64,000 bases of DNA from Octopus sinensis (lineage: Eukaryota): NCBI RefSeq assembly GCF_006345805.1, contig NC_043001.1:61938001-62002000 (forward strand), in the 5' to 3' direction. A program made the translations under genes and the position numbers. The notes beneath the pieces are model-generated. The model made no database searches. It saw nothing but the letters and a program-made list of their open reading frames with translations, and was not told the DNA's origin. Below are positions 63,825 through 64,000 of this stretch, one piece after another; positions within the stretch are counted from its first letter, which is position 1, and every line of letters begins with the position of its first letter.

Positions 63825-64000
63825 TTTCTTAAGATGAGAAGTGCTTTGACGATCGAGATTTTCTGGAGTGTATACCTTCATCTCTTCTGACTAGAGACCA
63901 TATATAATCTCCCACCATGGCAGTATCCCATCGTCTTTGGTATCTTTTTTCCATAATTGCGATGTCCTGATGAAATTTCTCACCATGCTCCTCACTGACA
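63825..64000 (-). mobile_element. Chapaev3-like transposase C-terminus on the opposite strand
   Basis: Minus strand: VSEEHGEKFHQDIAIME, then after a frameshift KRYQRRWDTAMVGDYIWSL. Confidence 0.7.

Overview
AT-rich, repeat-saturated eukaryotic DNA. The SINE families and the (TA)n/(TATG)n/(AAT)n load resemble an octopod cephalopod genome (inference). No intact host gene, rRNA, tRNA or CRISPR array is supported, and most of the ORF track is microsatellite noise. The main object is a head-to-tail pair of near-identical 4.25-kb Penelope-like elements (PLEs; 20431-24676 and 24720-28966) sitting in (TA)n. Each encodes RT plus a C-terminal GIY-YIG endonuclease with long Asn-rich inserts, and each ends in a well-formed type I hammerhead ribozyme. 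Three further hammerhead motifs from other PLE-type repeats occur at 10141, 42469 and 42911. A tandem pair of ORF1-only (gag-like, CCHC knuckle) LINE-like units lies at 44.1-47.6 kb. The rest is decayed mobile DNA: RTE and R4/Dong-type LINEs, other PLE remnants, several Tc1/mariner lineages (one split by nested insertions), hAT remnants and a hAT MITE with TSD, a non-autonomous Helitron, a Chapaev3-like remnant and SINEs. All assignments come from reading motifs by eye; no searches or alignments were run.
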